A DNA stretch of 64,000 bases from Gammaproteobacteria bacterium. Its GTDB lineage: Bacteria; Pseudomonadota; Gammaproteobacteria; Ga0077536. A program made the translations under genes and the position numbers. The notes beneath the pieces were generated by a model, which saw only the letters and a list, made by a program, of their open reading frames with translations, was not told the origin of the DNA and searched no databases. Position 1 is the first letter of the stretch. Each line of letters opens with the position of its first letter. Of this stretch, positions 37,645 through 47,248 are shown one piece after another. The stretch spans positions 2,874,497 to 2,938,496 of the forward strand of contig OZ257136.1 of assembly GCA_965278995.1 (NCBI GenBank). The letters run 5' to 3'.

Positions 37645-39672
37645 TTACTGCTGGCTGCGTTCAATGCTGATTTCACCATAGCGGCCGATGCGGCCGGTCT
37701 GGTGCTGCGTGATGTAGGTCGTCGACAGCGCCTCACGGACGATGGCTGGCCCGACTATTGTGTCGCCGGCGCGGAGATCATTCCGCGCATAGACCTGCAC
37801 TATCTGCTCGGCGTCGCTGACATAGCGCAGCACGCTGGTACCGACGCTGCGCAGGGGTGCGCCCTCACGCGGGGCCAGTTCCGCGTAACGCACCTTGTCG
37901 GTCTTGACCACGGCGCGCACACGGTACGTTACGCCCTGTACGGGAATCGACTCGAAGCGATTACCGTTGCGCTCGAAATAAGCGTCGTGAAAATTCGCGA
38001 TCATGGCCGCAATCACCTGCGCATCGATGCGGCCTTGCGGTACGGCGATGAACGGCGTTTCCCAAGTCTGCCCGACGAGCTGGCCGTCAAACGAGCGGAC
38101 GAACTCGATGCCAGGCTTGTCACCGACACGCTGACGGAGTTTGTCCTCGAGACTGTCGAAGACTTCGCTGATCGCGGCAGCCGAGTCCACGCTCAGTACC
38201 GTGTAGGCGCTCTGGCTGATGGAATAAGCTTGATCGGCGCTCAACAGACCAAGCGCTGAGAACAGCCCCGGATGCGGCGGTACGATCACGCGACGAACAT
38301 GGATCAGGTCAGCGATGGCCGGCAGCAGCAACGGCCCTGCAGCACCGTAAGCGACCAGCGTGTAGTCACGCGGATCGATGCCGTTCCTGATCGCGATGTT
38401 GAAGATGCCTTCGGCAATGTTGTTCAAGCCGATGTCATAGGCATACCGCACGCGCTGTTCGAAAGTCAGCGGCGTATCGAGGCGCTCGAAAGCGCGGCGA
38501 GCCAGTTCGACGTCAAGGGCCATGCGGCCGCCCGCGAAACCGGCCGGGTCGATGATGCCGGCCAGCACACAGACATCTGACATCGTTGGCTGCAGTCCGC
38601 CGCGACCATAGCAGGCCGGGCCTGGATCGGCACCGGCGCTTTGCGGGCCGACGGTGATGTCGCCGCTGGGCGCAATCGCAATGATGCTGCCACCACCGGC
38701 ACCGATGCTCGAAATATCATTGGACAGCGCGTTGACGACGAGATCGTGCTCGAGTTCGAAAGTCGTGTTGACGAACGGTTTACCGTCAGTGACGAGGCTG
38801 ATATCGCACGACGTTCCGCCGATATCCGCACACAGCAGATTACCCTCGTCGATCATGGCGCCAAAGTGCGCGCAACCGACAGTACCGGCAGCCGGCCCGG
38901 CAAACACGATGCGGAACGGTGCCGCCATTGCATCCGCGGCCGGCACCAGGTTGGCGGTGCAATCGGCGAAATTGAGCTGGCCGGCAAAACCGAGATCGCG
39001 CAGACCGGCATCAAGTCGATGCGAGTAGTCGTCGTAGATGATCTTCATGAAGACATCGACCAGGCTGGTCGACGCGCGAGCATATTCCTTCGCCAACGGA
39101 GAAATTTCGCTCGAAACCGAGCACGGAATATCGCCGAGCTCTTCGCGTACGAGTTCGCGCAGGCGCCGCTCGTGGCTGTCGTTGATATAGGCGTTCAACA
39201 GACAGATGGCGACGCCTTGGACCTGGCAGCGACCGAGCACGCGGATCTCGGCGCGCGCCTGCGCTTCATCAAGCGGCGTAAAGACATCGCCCTCGGTGGT
39301 CATGCGTTCGAGCACCCCACGACGCAGGTAGCGCGGCACCAGCGGCCGCGCGGCATCGCCGAAAGAACGGCGCCAGCTCGGGTCGGTCAGCGCCGCGGCC
39401 GGTCGCCAGGTACGCCCGATATCGGGAATATCCCGATGACCAATGGTGGTCAGAAATCCGATCTTCGGTAATTTGCGCGTGATGATCGCATTCAAGCCGT
39501 GGGTGCTTGCATGGTTGAACACGCGCGCGCTGTGCACACCGAGTTCGGCTGCCCCTTCGATGACGCTGCGATCGACTTCGCGCACATTGGTCGAGACTTT
39601 GGCAGTGCGAATCTCGCCGTTCTGGAACGACACCACGTCGGTGAACGTGCCACCTACATCGACTGCCATCAT
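37645..39672 (-). CDS. Hydantoinase A / oxoprolinase family protein (acetone-carboxylase beta-like)
   Basis: The N-terminus MMAVDVGGTFTDVV has an ASKHA-fold ATPase motif, and the length is typical. Confidence 0.85.
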   Translation of the reverse strand: MMAVDVGGTFTDVVSFQNGEIRTAKVSTNVREVDRSVIEGAAELGVHSARVFNHASTHGLNAIITRKLPKIGFLTTIGHRDIPDIGRTWRPAAALTDPSWRRSFGDAARPLVPRYLRRGVLERMTTEGDVFTPLDEAQARAEIRVLGRCQVQGVAICLLNAYINDSHERRLRELVREELGDIPCSVSSEISPLAKEYARASTSLVDVFMKIIYDDYSHRLDAGLRDLGFAGQLNFADCTANLVPAADAMAAPFRIVFAGPAAGTVGCAHFGAMIDEGNLLCADIGGTSCDISLVTDGKPFVNTTFELEHDLVVNALSNDISSIGAGGGSIIAIAPSGDITVGPQSAGADPGPACYGRGGLQPTMSDVCVLAGIIDPAGFAGGRMALDVELARRAFERLDTPLTFEQRVRYAYDIGLNNIAEGIFNIAIRNGIDPRDYTLVAYGAAGPLLLPAIADLIHVRRVIVPPHPGLFSALGLLSADQAYSISQSAYTVLSVDSAAAISEVFDSLEDKLRQRVGDKPGIEFVRSFDGQLVGQTWETPFIAVPQGRIDAQVIAAMIANFHDAYFERNGNRFESIPVQGVTYRVRAVVKTDKVRYAELAPREGAPLRSVGTSVLRYVSDAEQIVQVYARNDLRAGDTIVGPAIVREALSTTYITQHQTGRIGRYGEISIERSQQ

Positions 39673-39697
39673 GCTCGTACTGCTCCTGGTGCAGGAT

Positions 39698-39928
39698 TCA
39701 TCGGATGGAATCAGTCATCAGACGGACGTGCCCCAATCGATGCCACTTCTCACGGCTCATCGAGTGCAGACACTTGCCGCATTTGACGACCATGTACCAG
39801 CCGCCTTCGGACAACACCGGATAGCGCTGGAGGGCCTCTGCGCCGCAGGCCGCACAGGGGCCCGCAATCGCTTCGCGCGTCTGCACCGGCGCCAGTTCCA
39901 CAGGCCGGGGAAACGAAAAATTGCTCAT
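39698..39928 (-). CDS. Small zinc-ribbon protein (CxxC...CxxC). It may be a small subunit of the hydantoinase-type complex, reminiscent of acetone carboxylase gamma.
   Basis: MSNFSF...GPCAACGAEAL...VVKCGKCLHSM gives two CxxC pairs. An AGGAG ribosome-binding site is present, and the gene sits 25 bp upstream of hydantoinase A. It is too short (76 aa) for the ORF track threshold from its true start. Confidence 0.45.
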   Translation of the reverse strand: MSNFSFPRPVELAPVQTREAIAGPCAACGAEALQRYPVLSEGGWYMVVKCGKCLHSMSREKWHRLGHVRLMTDSIR

Positions 39929-40216
39929 CGATGAAACTCCTGAAGCGCGGCGCGAGAAGCCTGGAGCGCCACACAATCGAACGGAACCGAGCGGACTCTG
40001 CGCCCCGACGGCTATGCCGGGTGATATCGACAGGCATTCTTGCATATGCCTTCGCGGGCCGACAACCTGCAGCACCACGCAGGAGCCCGCGCTGCAGCGA
40101 CCGCTGACCGGTGGAAATAAACGTGCTGAGCAGGGACAATTGACCGTGTCCCCGTGAGTGTCGCCACGACGTCTGCGCCGGGTTCATCGAAGACTACATA
40201 GGGGGAGCCTGCATTC

Positions 40217-41503
40217 ATGAAGTTTCATTGGTTCAATCTGATGCCGTGGCCGCATCTGCCGGACGATTTCACCGCCAAGCATCGCAGCGTCTGGGTCGAT
40301 GTCGATTCGCGCCTGTTCGATCCGGTCAAAGCGAATCGCATCTACAACGATTACCTCGACCTGCTCGAACTGGCCGAGGATGTCGGCTTCGACGGCCTCG
40401 GCATCAACGAACATCATCAGAATGCCTACGGCCTGATGCCCTCGCCGCAGCTCATGGCGGCGACTCTGTCGCGCCGCACCAGCAGGGCCGCCATCCTGCT
40501 GCTGGGGCAGTCACTGGCGCTTTACGATCCGCCGACGCGCGTCGCCGAAGAAATGGCGATGATCGACTGCATGTCCGGTGGTCGGTTGATCTCCGGCTTT
40601 CCGGTCGGCAGCTCGATGGACGACAACTACGCCTGCGGCGTCAATCCCGCCACGTTGCGCGAGAAATATCACGAAGCGCACGACCTCGTGCGTCGCGCGT
40701 GGTCCGATCCGGATGTCTTCGCCTGGAACGGTAAACATTACAAGCTGCGCTACGTGAATCTGTGGCCACGACCGATACAGAGTCCACCGCCGATCTGGAT
40801 CCCCGGCGGCGGTTCGCTCGAGACGTTCGATTTCTGCGCAGCCAATCACTATAACTACAGCTACCTGTCGTTCTCCGGTTATATCCGCGGCGCCCAGTTG
40901 ATGGACGGCTTCTGGCAACGCATGGAACAACTCGGTGCCGAATTTAATCCTTTCCAGGGAGCTTTCGCCCAGCAGATCTGCGTCGCCGAAACCGATGCCG
41001 AAGCGCAGCGGTTATATGAAAAACACGCGCGCTACTTTTTCTCACGTTGTCTGCATGTGCATCCGGGTTTCGCCGATGCGCCCGGCTATCGCACCGAGCC
41101 GACCATCCGCGCCGGCCTCGCGTCGCAAATGGCCGGCCAGTCGTCCGCGTTGAATCAGGCGGCGTCGCTGTCATGGCGCGAAATGATCGACAAAGGCTAT
41201 ATCGTCGCCGGCAGTCCGGACAGCGTGACCGAACAGCTCGACAAGCTGGTGACGACCTTGAAAGTGGGACATCTGGTCTGTCTGCTGCACTTCGGCGACA
41301 TGCCAAATGATCTCTGCCGTCACTCGACTGAAATGTTCGCAGCCCGCGTCATGCCGTCAATGAAATCACGCTGGAGCGAGTACACCGATCACTGGTATCC
41401 GAAACCGATGCCGGCCGCCGACAGGGCGGTGCCGCGCACCGTCACGTCACCGGCGACAGCACTTCAGGGCGCGCGCACGCCACGCATCGCGGAGGCCGGC
41501 TGA
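40217..41503 (+). CDS. LLM-class flavin-dependent oxidoreductase (luciferase-like monooxygenase)
   Basis: It has the bacterial luciferase fold. It is divergent from the hydantoinase operon. Confidence 0.8.
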   Translation: MKFHWFNLMPWPHLPDDFTAKHRSVWVDVDSRLFDPVKANRIYNDYLDLLELAEDVGFDGLGINEHHQNAYGLMPSPQLMAATLSRRTSRAAILLLGQSLALYDPPTRVAEEMAMIDCMSGGRLISGFPVGSSMDDNYACGVNPATLREKYHEAHDLVRRAWSDPDVFAWNGKHYKLRYVNLWPRPIQSPPPIWIPGGGSLETFDFCAANHYNYSYLSFSGYIRGAQLMDGFWQRMEQLGAEFNPFQGAFAQQICVAETDAEAQRLYEKHARYFFSRCLHVHPGFADAPGYRTEPTIRAGLASQMAGQSSALNQAASLSWREMIDKGYIVAGSPDSVTEQLDKLVTTLKVGHLVCLLHFGDMPNDLCRHSTEMFAARVMPSMKSRWSEYTDHWYPKPMPAADRAVPRTVTSPATALQGARTPRIAEAG

Positions 41504-42300
41504 TGGAACTCGAGACTCTGCAGGCCGGCCCGCAGCGGCACACGGTCTGGTATTACCGTGCCGGTACTGGCAAACCGCTGCTGTATCTGCATCATCTGCT
41601 CGGCATCGCGGGCTACGAACCCGCGCTGGCGCGGCTGGCCAGCCAGTTCGACGTGATTGCCCCGATACTTCCGGGCTGGGGACCCGCCAAGGATCAACTG
41701 CCCGATTTCGATGACGGCCCGCTCGACCTGACGCTTCATCTCAGCGACGTTCTCACAGCACTCGCACTGCCTTCGGCGAATGTGGTCGGCATCAGTATCG
41801 GCGCCTGGCTGGCGGCAGAACTGGCAGCCATCATGCCCGGCCGCGTTCAGCGCCTCGTCCTGGTCAACCCGCTGGGACTGTGGCTGGATGGCGTCGGTGG
41901 CGAGGATCCCTTTGCTCAGCATCCCGGCTTCCCGTCGCAGGTCCTGTTTTCCGAGCCGGACATGCGCAAACGTTTTCTGATCGACGGTCGCGACAAGATG
42001 GATGCGCACGTCGATGAGCTGCTCGCACTGCGCGCCAGCGCCAGATTCCTGTGGCCGATACCGGATACCGGCGTCAACCGCCGGCTGGCGCGCATTCAGG
42101 CGCCAACGCTGGTGGTCACCAGCGGCAAGGATCCGATAGTTCCGCCGGCCTATGGTCCGGCCTGGCGCGATGCCATCGCCGGTGCACGCTTGACGACACT
42201 GCCAGGCGCAGGGCACCTTGCCGAACTTGAGCAACCCGAGGCCTTTGCAGCATTGGTGAGCGATTTCGTTTACAACGAAAGCGTCGCTGCAGTGGCCTGA
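41503..42300 (+). CDS. Alpha/beta-fold hydrolase
   Basis: The nucleophile elbow GISIGAW and oxyanion HHLLG are present. Its start overlaps the upstream stop. Confidence 0.8.
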   Translation: MELETLQAGPQRHTVWYYRAGTGKPLLYLHHLLGIAGYEPALARLASQFDVIAPILPGWGPAKDQLPDFDDGPLDLTLHLSDVLTALALPSANVVGISIGAWLAAELAAIMPGRVQRLVLVNPLGLWLDGVGGEDPFAQHPGFPSQVLFSEPDMRKRFLIDGRDKMDAHVDELLALRASARFLWPIPDTGVNRRLARIQAPTLVVTSGKDPIVPPAYGPAWRDAIAGARLTTLPGAGHLAELEQPEAFAALVSDFVYNESVAAVA

Positions 42301-42326
42301 ATACTGTCAATCCGAGGGGAAATGAG

Positions 42327-42755
42327 ATGAGTGAGACCTACAAGGGCAGCTGCTTTTGCGGCGCCGTACAGATTGAAGTCACGGGCGCGCCGGCGGCCAT
42401 GGGCTATTGCCATTGCGAATCGTGCCGGCACTGGTCGGCAGGCCCGATCAATGCGTTTTCGCTGTGGGCCCCGGAGGGCGTCAAGGTAACCCAGGGCGCG
42501 GACCAGATTGGCACTTATGCGAAAACCGACACCAGCCATCGCCAGTGGTGCAAAGCCTGTGGGGGTCACTTGATGACCAAGCATCCGGGCATGGGTCTGA
42601 TTGACGTCTATGCGGCCATTTTGCCGAGCTTGAAATTCGAGCCGATGGTGCATGTGTTCTACGGCGAAAAAGTCGTCAGCATCAAGGATGGTCTGCCCAA
42701 AATGGCCGATGTCCCGGCTGAGATGGGCGGCTCGGGCAACACTTTGCCGGAGTGA
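42327..42755 (+). CDS. GFA-family (glutathione-dependent formaldehyde-activating / CENP-V-like) zinc protein
   Basis: CFCGAV...CHCESCRHWS...CKACGGHL gives the Cys pattern of the GFA family. Confidence 0.75.
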   Translation: MSETYKGSCFCGAVQIEVTGAPAAMGYCHCESCRHWSAGPINAFSLWAPEGVKVTQGADQIGTYAKTDTSHRQWCKACGGHLMTKHPGMGLIDVYAAILPSLKFEPMVHVFYGEKVVSIKDGLPKMADVPAEMGGSGNTLPE

Positions 42756-42780
42756 TCGCAACAGGTGGCGCGCAGAGTTC

Positions 42781-44859
42781 TCAGGCCACCTGGCGCGTGC
42801 CGACATTGGCGCGTACGCCGTAGCCGCCGGTAACGGTTGCTGCGGCCATCTGTGGCAGCTCGGCGAGCGGGCGTGGGCGCCCGACGCCGTAGCCTTGTGC
42901 GAAATCGACGCCGACTTCGGCCAGACGACGGAGGATGGCGTCGTTTTCGACGAATTCTCCGATAGTCAGCATGCCCATGGCGTGACCGACCTCATTGATC
43001 GAGCGCACGATGGCCAGATCCATCGCGTCGTCCAACATATCGCGCACGAAAATGCCGTCGATCTTCAGGTAATCGACCGGCAGATTTTTCAGGTACGCGA
43101 AGGATGACAACCCGCTGCCAAAATCATCCAGTGCAAATCGACAACCGAGCGCTTTCAGCGCATGGATGAACACGGTTGCCCGCTCGAGATTGGCGATCGC
43201 GGCCGTTTCTGTCACTTCAAAACAGATTTTGGACGGCGGCACACCGGATTGCATGAACTGCTCGATGATGTAGTCGCGACTGTCGTCATCACACAAGGTC
43301 AAGGCAGAGAGATTGATGCAGCACATGTTGAGTTCAGCGAGGCTGGCGGGATGGCTGGCCAGCCACGCGAAAGCCGTTCGCATCACCCAGCGGTCGATCT
43401 GAGGTGAAAGATTGTAGCGTTCCGCCGCCGGCAGGAACGCACCCGGCGCAACAATACTGCCATCGGCTTCGCGCAGACGGATCAGGATTTCATAGTGAAC
43501 GCCATGCCCACCGCTGGCACCGGTGCTGACGATAGGCTGGGCATAGAGTTCGAATTCGTTCCGCTCCAGCGCCTGCGTGATGCGCGATACCCATTGCATC
43601 TCGCCGCGCCGGCGGGCGAGATCGGCGTCCCCTTCGTGATAACAATGGATGCGATTGCGACCGGCATCCTTGGCCGCGTAACAGGCCGCGTCGGCGCGCC
43701 GGAATACTTCGGAAATATCATTCACATCGGCGCCCACAGGAACGAGCCCGATGCTGATCCCGAGCTTGAAGGTTTTGTCTTCCCACGCGTAACGAAACTC
43801 GGCGACCCGCTGGCGAAGCCGTTCCATGACGACCTGCGCCTGCGGCATCGAACAGCGTTCCATGAGAATACCGAACTCGTCACCGCCCAGGCGCGCCAGG
43901 GTGTCGCTGCGCCGCAGCTGTGTTTCGATCAACCGCGCGAGCTGACGCAATAACTCATCGCCGGCAATGTGTCCGCAGGTGTCGTTGATGACTTTGAACT
44001 GATCGAGGTCGACATAGGCGAGCACATGCTCGGCGTCCATCGTAGAGCCAGTCGCCAGTACCTCGGCAACGCGCTGCTCGAAATCGCGACGGTTGAACAG
44101 GCCGGTCAGATGATCATGACGGGCCTGGTGTTCGAGCGCGGTTTCTGCCATTACCCTTTCGGTCACATCGACAATCAAGCCGTTGAAACGCAGCGTGCCG
44201 TCGCCAGCCTGCGGCTCGGGCGCCGAACGCCCGCTCAGCCATTTTTGATTGCCGGATTGTGTCGCGACTCGGAACTCATGCGACCATTCGCTACGCGTCG
44301 AAACAGCCATCGCAATACTGCGCTGCAGTTCAGGCAGGTCTTCCGGCACCACGTGTCCGAGCAGATATTCAAGACTGACATTGCCGTAATCCGGATCACC
44401 ATCGACCAGCGCCATGACGCCGCGACTGACGAACGTGAACCCCGCAGTGCCATCGGCTGCACTCTCGTACTGGAACACTGCGCCCGGAACGGCATCGGTT
44501 ATCGATTGCAGATTCGCTTCGCGCCCTCGCAGCGCCAACGTCGTACGCATATGACCGAGAAAATACCAGCTGACCAGTGCAATGGCGGACCAAGTCGCGA
44601 AAAGTCCGAGCAGGCCGGATGCCGAACCCGAACCAGCCGGTGCCAGGGCGACACCGAGTAGCGCGAGCGCACTGACCCCGGCGCCAACGCGCAGGATCAA
44701 TCTGCGGGAATCGGAGCGGGCAACCAGGCACAGTGGCACGAGGTATAGCGGTGCCAGCGCTGCCTCCTGGCCGGTGGCGAGCGCGAGCACGAACACCGCG
44801 GCGCCGGTGGCTGTGGCCCACCGCGCCTCACCAGATAGACCGGCCAGGATGGCCCGCAT
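42781..44859 (-). CDS. Membrane-anchored PAS-GGDEF-EAL cyclic-di-GMP signalling protein
   Basis: The GGDEF motif is RLGGDEFGILM. The EAL motifs are EVTETAAIAN and FALDDFGSGLSSFAYL. There are N-terminal transmembrane helices. Confidence 0.85.
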   Translation of the reverse strand: MRAILAGLSGEARWATATGAAVFVLALATGQEAALAPLYLVPLCLVARSDSRRLILRVGAGVSALALLGVALAPAGSGSASGLLGLFATWSAIALVSWYFLGHMRTTLALRGREANLQSITDAVPGAVFQYESAADGTAGFTFVSRGVMALVDGDPDYGNVSLEYLLGHVVPEDLPELQRSIAMAVSTRSEWSHEFRVATQSGNQKWLSGRSAPEPQAGDGTLRFNGLIVDVTERVMAETALEHQARHDHLTGLFNRRDFEQRVAEVLATGSTMDAEHVLAYVDLDQFKVINDTCGHIAGDELLRQLARLIETQLRRSDTLARLGGDEFGILMERCSMPQAQVVMERLRQRVAEFRYAWEDKTFKLGISIGLVPVGADVNDISEVFRRADAACYAAKDAGRNRIHCYHEGDADLARRRGEMQWVSRITQALERNEFELYAQPIVSTGASGGHGVHYEILIRLREADGSIVAPGAFLPAAERYNLSPQIDRWVMRTAFAWLASHPASLAELNMCCINLSALTLCDDDSRDYIIEQFMQSGVPPSKICFEVTETAAIANLERATVFIHALKALGCRFALDDFGSGLSSFAYLKNLPVDYLKIDGIFVRDMLDDAMDLAIVRSINEVGHAMGMLTIGEFVENDAILRRLAEVGVDFAQGYGVGRPRPLAELPQMAAATVTGGYGVRANVGTRQVA

Positions 44860-45009
44860 GATTCTTCGCCCCGCCTATCGCTGATGATGCATCGGCGCCG
44901 ACCATTGTGCGTCCGATGTCCCCTTGCTCATCGATAGCGACTTGAGCGCTCCAATCTTGAGCAGACCTCACGCACGACAATCACGCGGCCGCACGATTGT
45001 GGCCCGGAT

Positions 45010-45786
45010 TCAGCTTCCTCCGAACAACCCGCCGTCTACCGGGAGGACAACGCCGGTGACATAGGCTGCTGCGCGCGAAGCGAGAAAAATCGCCGGGCCG
45101 GCCGCGTCATCCTGGCCGCCCATGCGCTTCAGAGGCACATTCGAGACTACGGTGTCCTGACCCATGGATGACACCATCGGTTTCATCATGTCGGTCAGAA
45201 ATGGTCCCGGCGCAATTGCATTGACAGCAATATGCCGAGCGGCGAGACGCGCGGCGAGCATGCGGGTCAAGTGATGCAGAGCGGCTTTCGACGCCGCATA
45301 GGAGAAGTTTTCGAATAATGGCGTATGCAGACCATCGACCGAGCCGATGTTGATCACGCGAGCCGGATCCTCAGCGCTGGCCGCACGCTCCATCGCCGGC
45401 AACAATTTCTGCAGTAGAAAGAAAGGGGATTTGAGGTTAAGCGCCATGACCTTGTCCCAGCCTGATTCCGGAAACGCATCAACAGTCGCACCCCACGTGG
45501 TGCCTGCGTTGTTGACCAGCACATGCAGGCGCTCCTCGCGCCCCAGCAACGTTGCTGCCAAGCGCTCGACTTCGCTCATCTGGGCGAGATCCGCAGGCAG
45601 TGAAATACAGTCGCCGAAAGCGGCGAGCTCTACCGCAGCAGCGTCGCAGGCCGCGGCTTTTCGCGAACTGATATATACCCGCGCACCGGCCTCGAGATAA
45701 CCGCGCGCAATCATGTAACCGATGCCGCGCGAGCCGCCGGTGATCAGCGCCACTTTACCGGCCAGTGAAAATAGTGCCGTACTCAT
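45010..45786 (-). CDS. SDR-family oxidoreductase (3-oxoacyl-ACP-reductase-like)
   Basis: The motifs TGGSRGIG, NAG and YAASKAAL (YxxxK) are present. Confidence 0.85.
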   Translation of the reverse strand: MSTALFSLAGKVALITGGSRGIGYMIARGYLEAGARVYISSRKAAACDAAAVELAAFGDCISLPADLAQMSEVERLAATLLGREERLHVLVNNAGTTWGATVDAFPESGWDKVMALNLKSPFFLLQKLLPAMERAASAEDPARVINIGSVDGLHTPLFENFSYAASKAALHHLTRMLAARLAARHIAVNAIAPGPFLTDMMKPMVSSMGQDTVVSNVPLKRMGGQDDAAGPAIFLASRAAAYVTGVVLPVDGGLFGGS

Positions 45787-45820
45787 ATCGCGAGATCCTC
45801 AATCAATCGAAAAGCAGGTT

Positions 45821-45899
45821 GGTGAAAAACTACTGCGCTCGGCATGACGGCATTGCACGAGCGCGCCTTGTCCTGCCTTCGCTCGCTACGTTTTTCACC
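45821..45899. repeat. MITE/REP-like palindromic element, copy C (GGTGAAAAACTAC ... TACGTTTTTCACC), directly abutting the terminal attC of the cassette array
   Basis: Its reverse complement is ~85% identical to copy B, and the core CCTTGTCCTGCC is shared with copy A. Confidence 0.6.
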
Positions 45900-45902
45900 A
45901 GC

Positions 45903-45972
45903 CTGCTAACGCGTCGAAGAGCGGCGTTGGAGCGCGCAGCGCGGAAGCGGCCGCTCGATTGGCGGGTTAAGT
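45903..45972. other. Integron attC site 1. It is the most diverged member of the attC family, with an inverse core TAAC and a core GTTAAG.
   Basis: It runs from GCCTGCTAAC to CCGCTCGATTGGCGGGTTAAG and is aligned to four other copies. Confidence 0.6.
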
Positions 45973-46612
45973 GCCGCGGTCTGCCAAACTAAGTGCAACA
46001 CCCTCATCGATCGCGGGTGGAGAACCGGCGTTACTGTCGGCTTCCTCGTCCGCCAAGACGGGGTTGTAAACATGACATACCACCAGCTCTCCGATAATGA
46101 ACAATACGTCATCGGCAGGCTTTGCCGCCAGCGGCGCAGCCTACGCTAAATCGCCTTTGCAGCGGGCCGTGCATCATCAGCCGCATACTCAAGCGGAACG
46201 CCACCCAGCACGACGGCCACTACCGGCCTGAAAAGGCCCACCAATATGCTGTCGCCAGGCGTCGTCGCAGCCGCCGTAATCGACACCATGGTCCATGTGA
46301 CTGGAAGCCCCATGGCCCGCGCGCTGCCCAGCCAATCGCGGCAGATTGCTCGGCAAGCGCCATATCAGCGAGCGTTCTAAACGCGTCGAGCGCGTGACCG
46401 GCTTCCTCGTCATCAAAAAGCGCAAAGCCCGCACCATGGCGCAAGCGGCCCGCGCCCTCACTCGCGCTATCCCACAACTCGATGCACGCTTCACGACCGT
46501 CACGCTCGACAACTTGACAACCGACCGCGCGAGCGGCTCGGATTTAAAACACCCGCCGAAGTATTCTTCGGCCCGTCCTAACGGTGCTGCACTTCAAAGT
46601 GGAATTCAAGCC

Positions 46613-46819
46613 TCAGTGCGAGGCCAGTTCTTCACGGACAATTTTGCGCACCAATTCTGGGGAGAGAACCTCTTCGCCCGAGCTGACGTGCGCTTTAAGT
46701 GCCTCGTTGATCAATGTCTGGTAGCCCTTACCAGACTTCTCCGACCGCAGTTTGAACTGTTGGAGAATTTCGTCATCAAGATAAATTGTGATACGAGTCT
46801 TTCCAAGCGGCGAGATCAC
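46613..46819 (-). CDS. BrnA-like ribbon-helix-helix antitoxin (COG3514 type) in a gene cassette
   Basis: It is a small protein (KGYQTLINEALKAHV) encoded downstream of a BrnT-like toxin, in the toxin-first order typical of BrnTA. Confidence 0.55.
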   Translation of the reverse strand: MISPLGKTRITIYLDDEILQQFKLRSEKSGKGYQTLINEALKAHVSSGEEVLSPELVRKIVREELASH

Positions 46820-46889
46820 TGCACCACGCTTGGCCTTCGAAAAGTCATATTCCTTTTTTTTAGTTCCGTCGCTCTTTCGGCTCGGCCAT

Positions 46890-47117
46890 TCAAACGGAGA
46901 TCAATCTGATATTTGCGCCACGGGGCGCCCATTTCACGACCATTAACGAATTAAAGAAGTTCATTCCTAAACTAACGAAACGCCGCTCGCCTTCGACGAA
47001 GGCGTCTTCCATTGTCAGGGCGTGGGGATCAATTAACACTCCGTCTCGTTTCGCGAGAGAAACCCCATGCTTCTGACGATTCGCTTCGTCCTTGGTCGGG
47101 TCATACTCGACGCTCAT
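46890..47117 (-). CDS. BrnT-like (DUF497/COG2929) ribonuclease toxin in a gene cassette
   Basis: MSVEYDPTKDEANRQKHGVSL...ERRFVSLG matches the BrnT family pattern. The start is internal to a longer ORF in the track. Confidence 0.55.
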   Translation of the reverse strand: MSVEYDPTKDEANRQKHGVSLAKRDGVLIDPHALTMEDAFVEGERRFVSLGMNFFNSLMVVKWAPRGANIRLISV

Positions 47118-47175
47118 TGAGTATGCACATTGTGCATATGGCGGAACAGAGGAGACGTTGAGAGGGTCAGTCTGA

Positions 47176-47244
47176 GGCCTAACGCGCCGATGATTGGCGG
47201 AGGAGTGCGCAGCACGAAGGCGTCCGCTCCATGGCTGGTTAGCC
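47176..47244. other. Integron attC site 2 (GGCCTAAC ... CGTCCGCTCCATGGCTGGTTAGC)
   Basis: It belongs to the same ~68-bp family as attC sites 3-5, with an imperfect internal dyad and unpaired bases. Confidence 0.7.
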
Positions 47245-47248
47245 ATCG

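Noticed and set aside
46122-46909. Plus-strand and minus-strand ORFs (46122-46397, 46189-46512, 46346-46909) in the GC-rich part of cassette 1.
   Set aside because: They are mutually overlapping with no family resemblance. 46346-46909 runs antisense through brnA. The region is reported only as unexplained.
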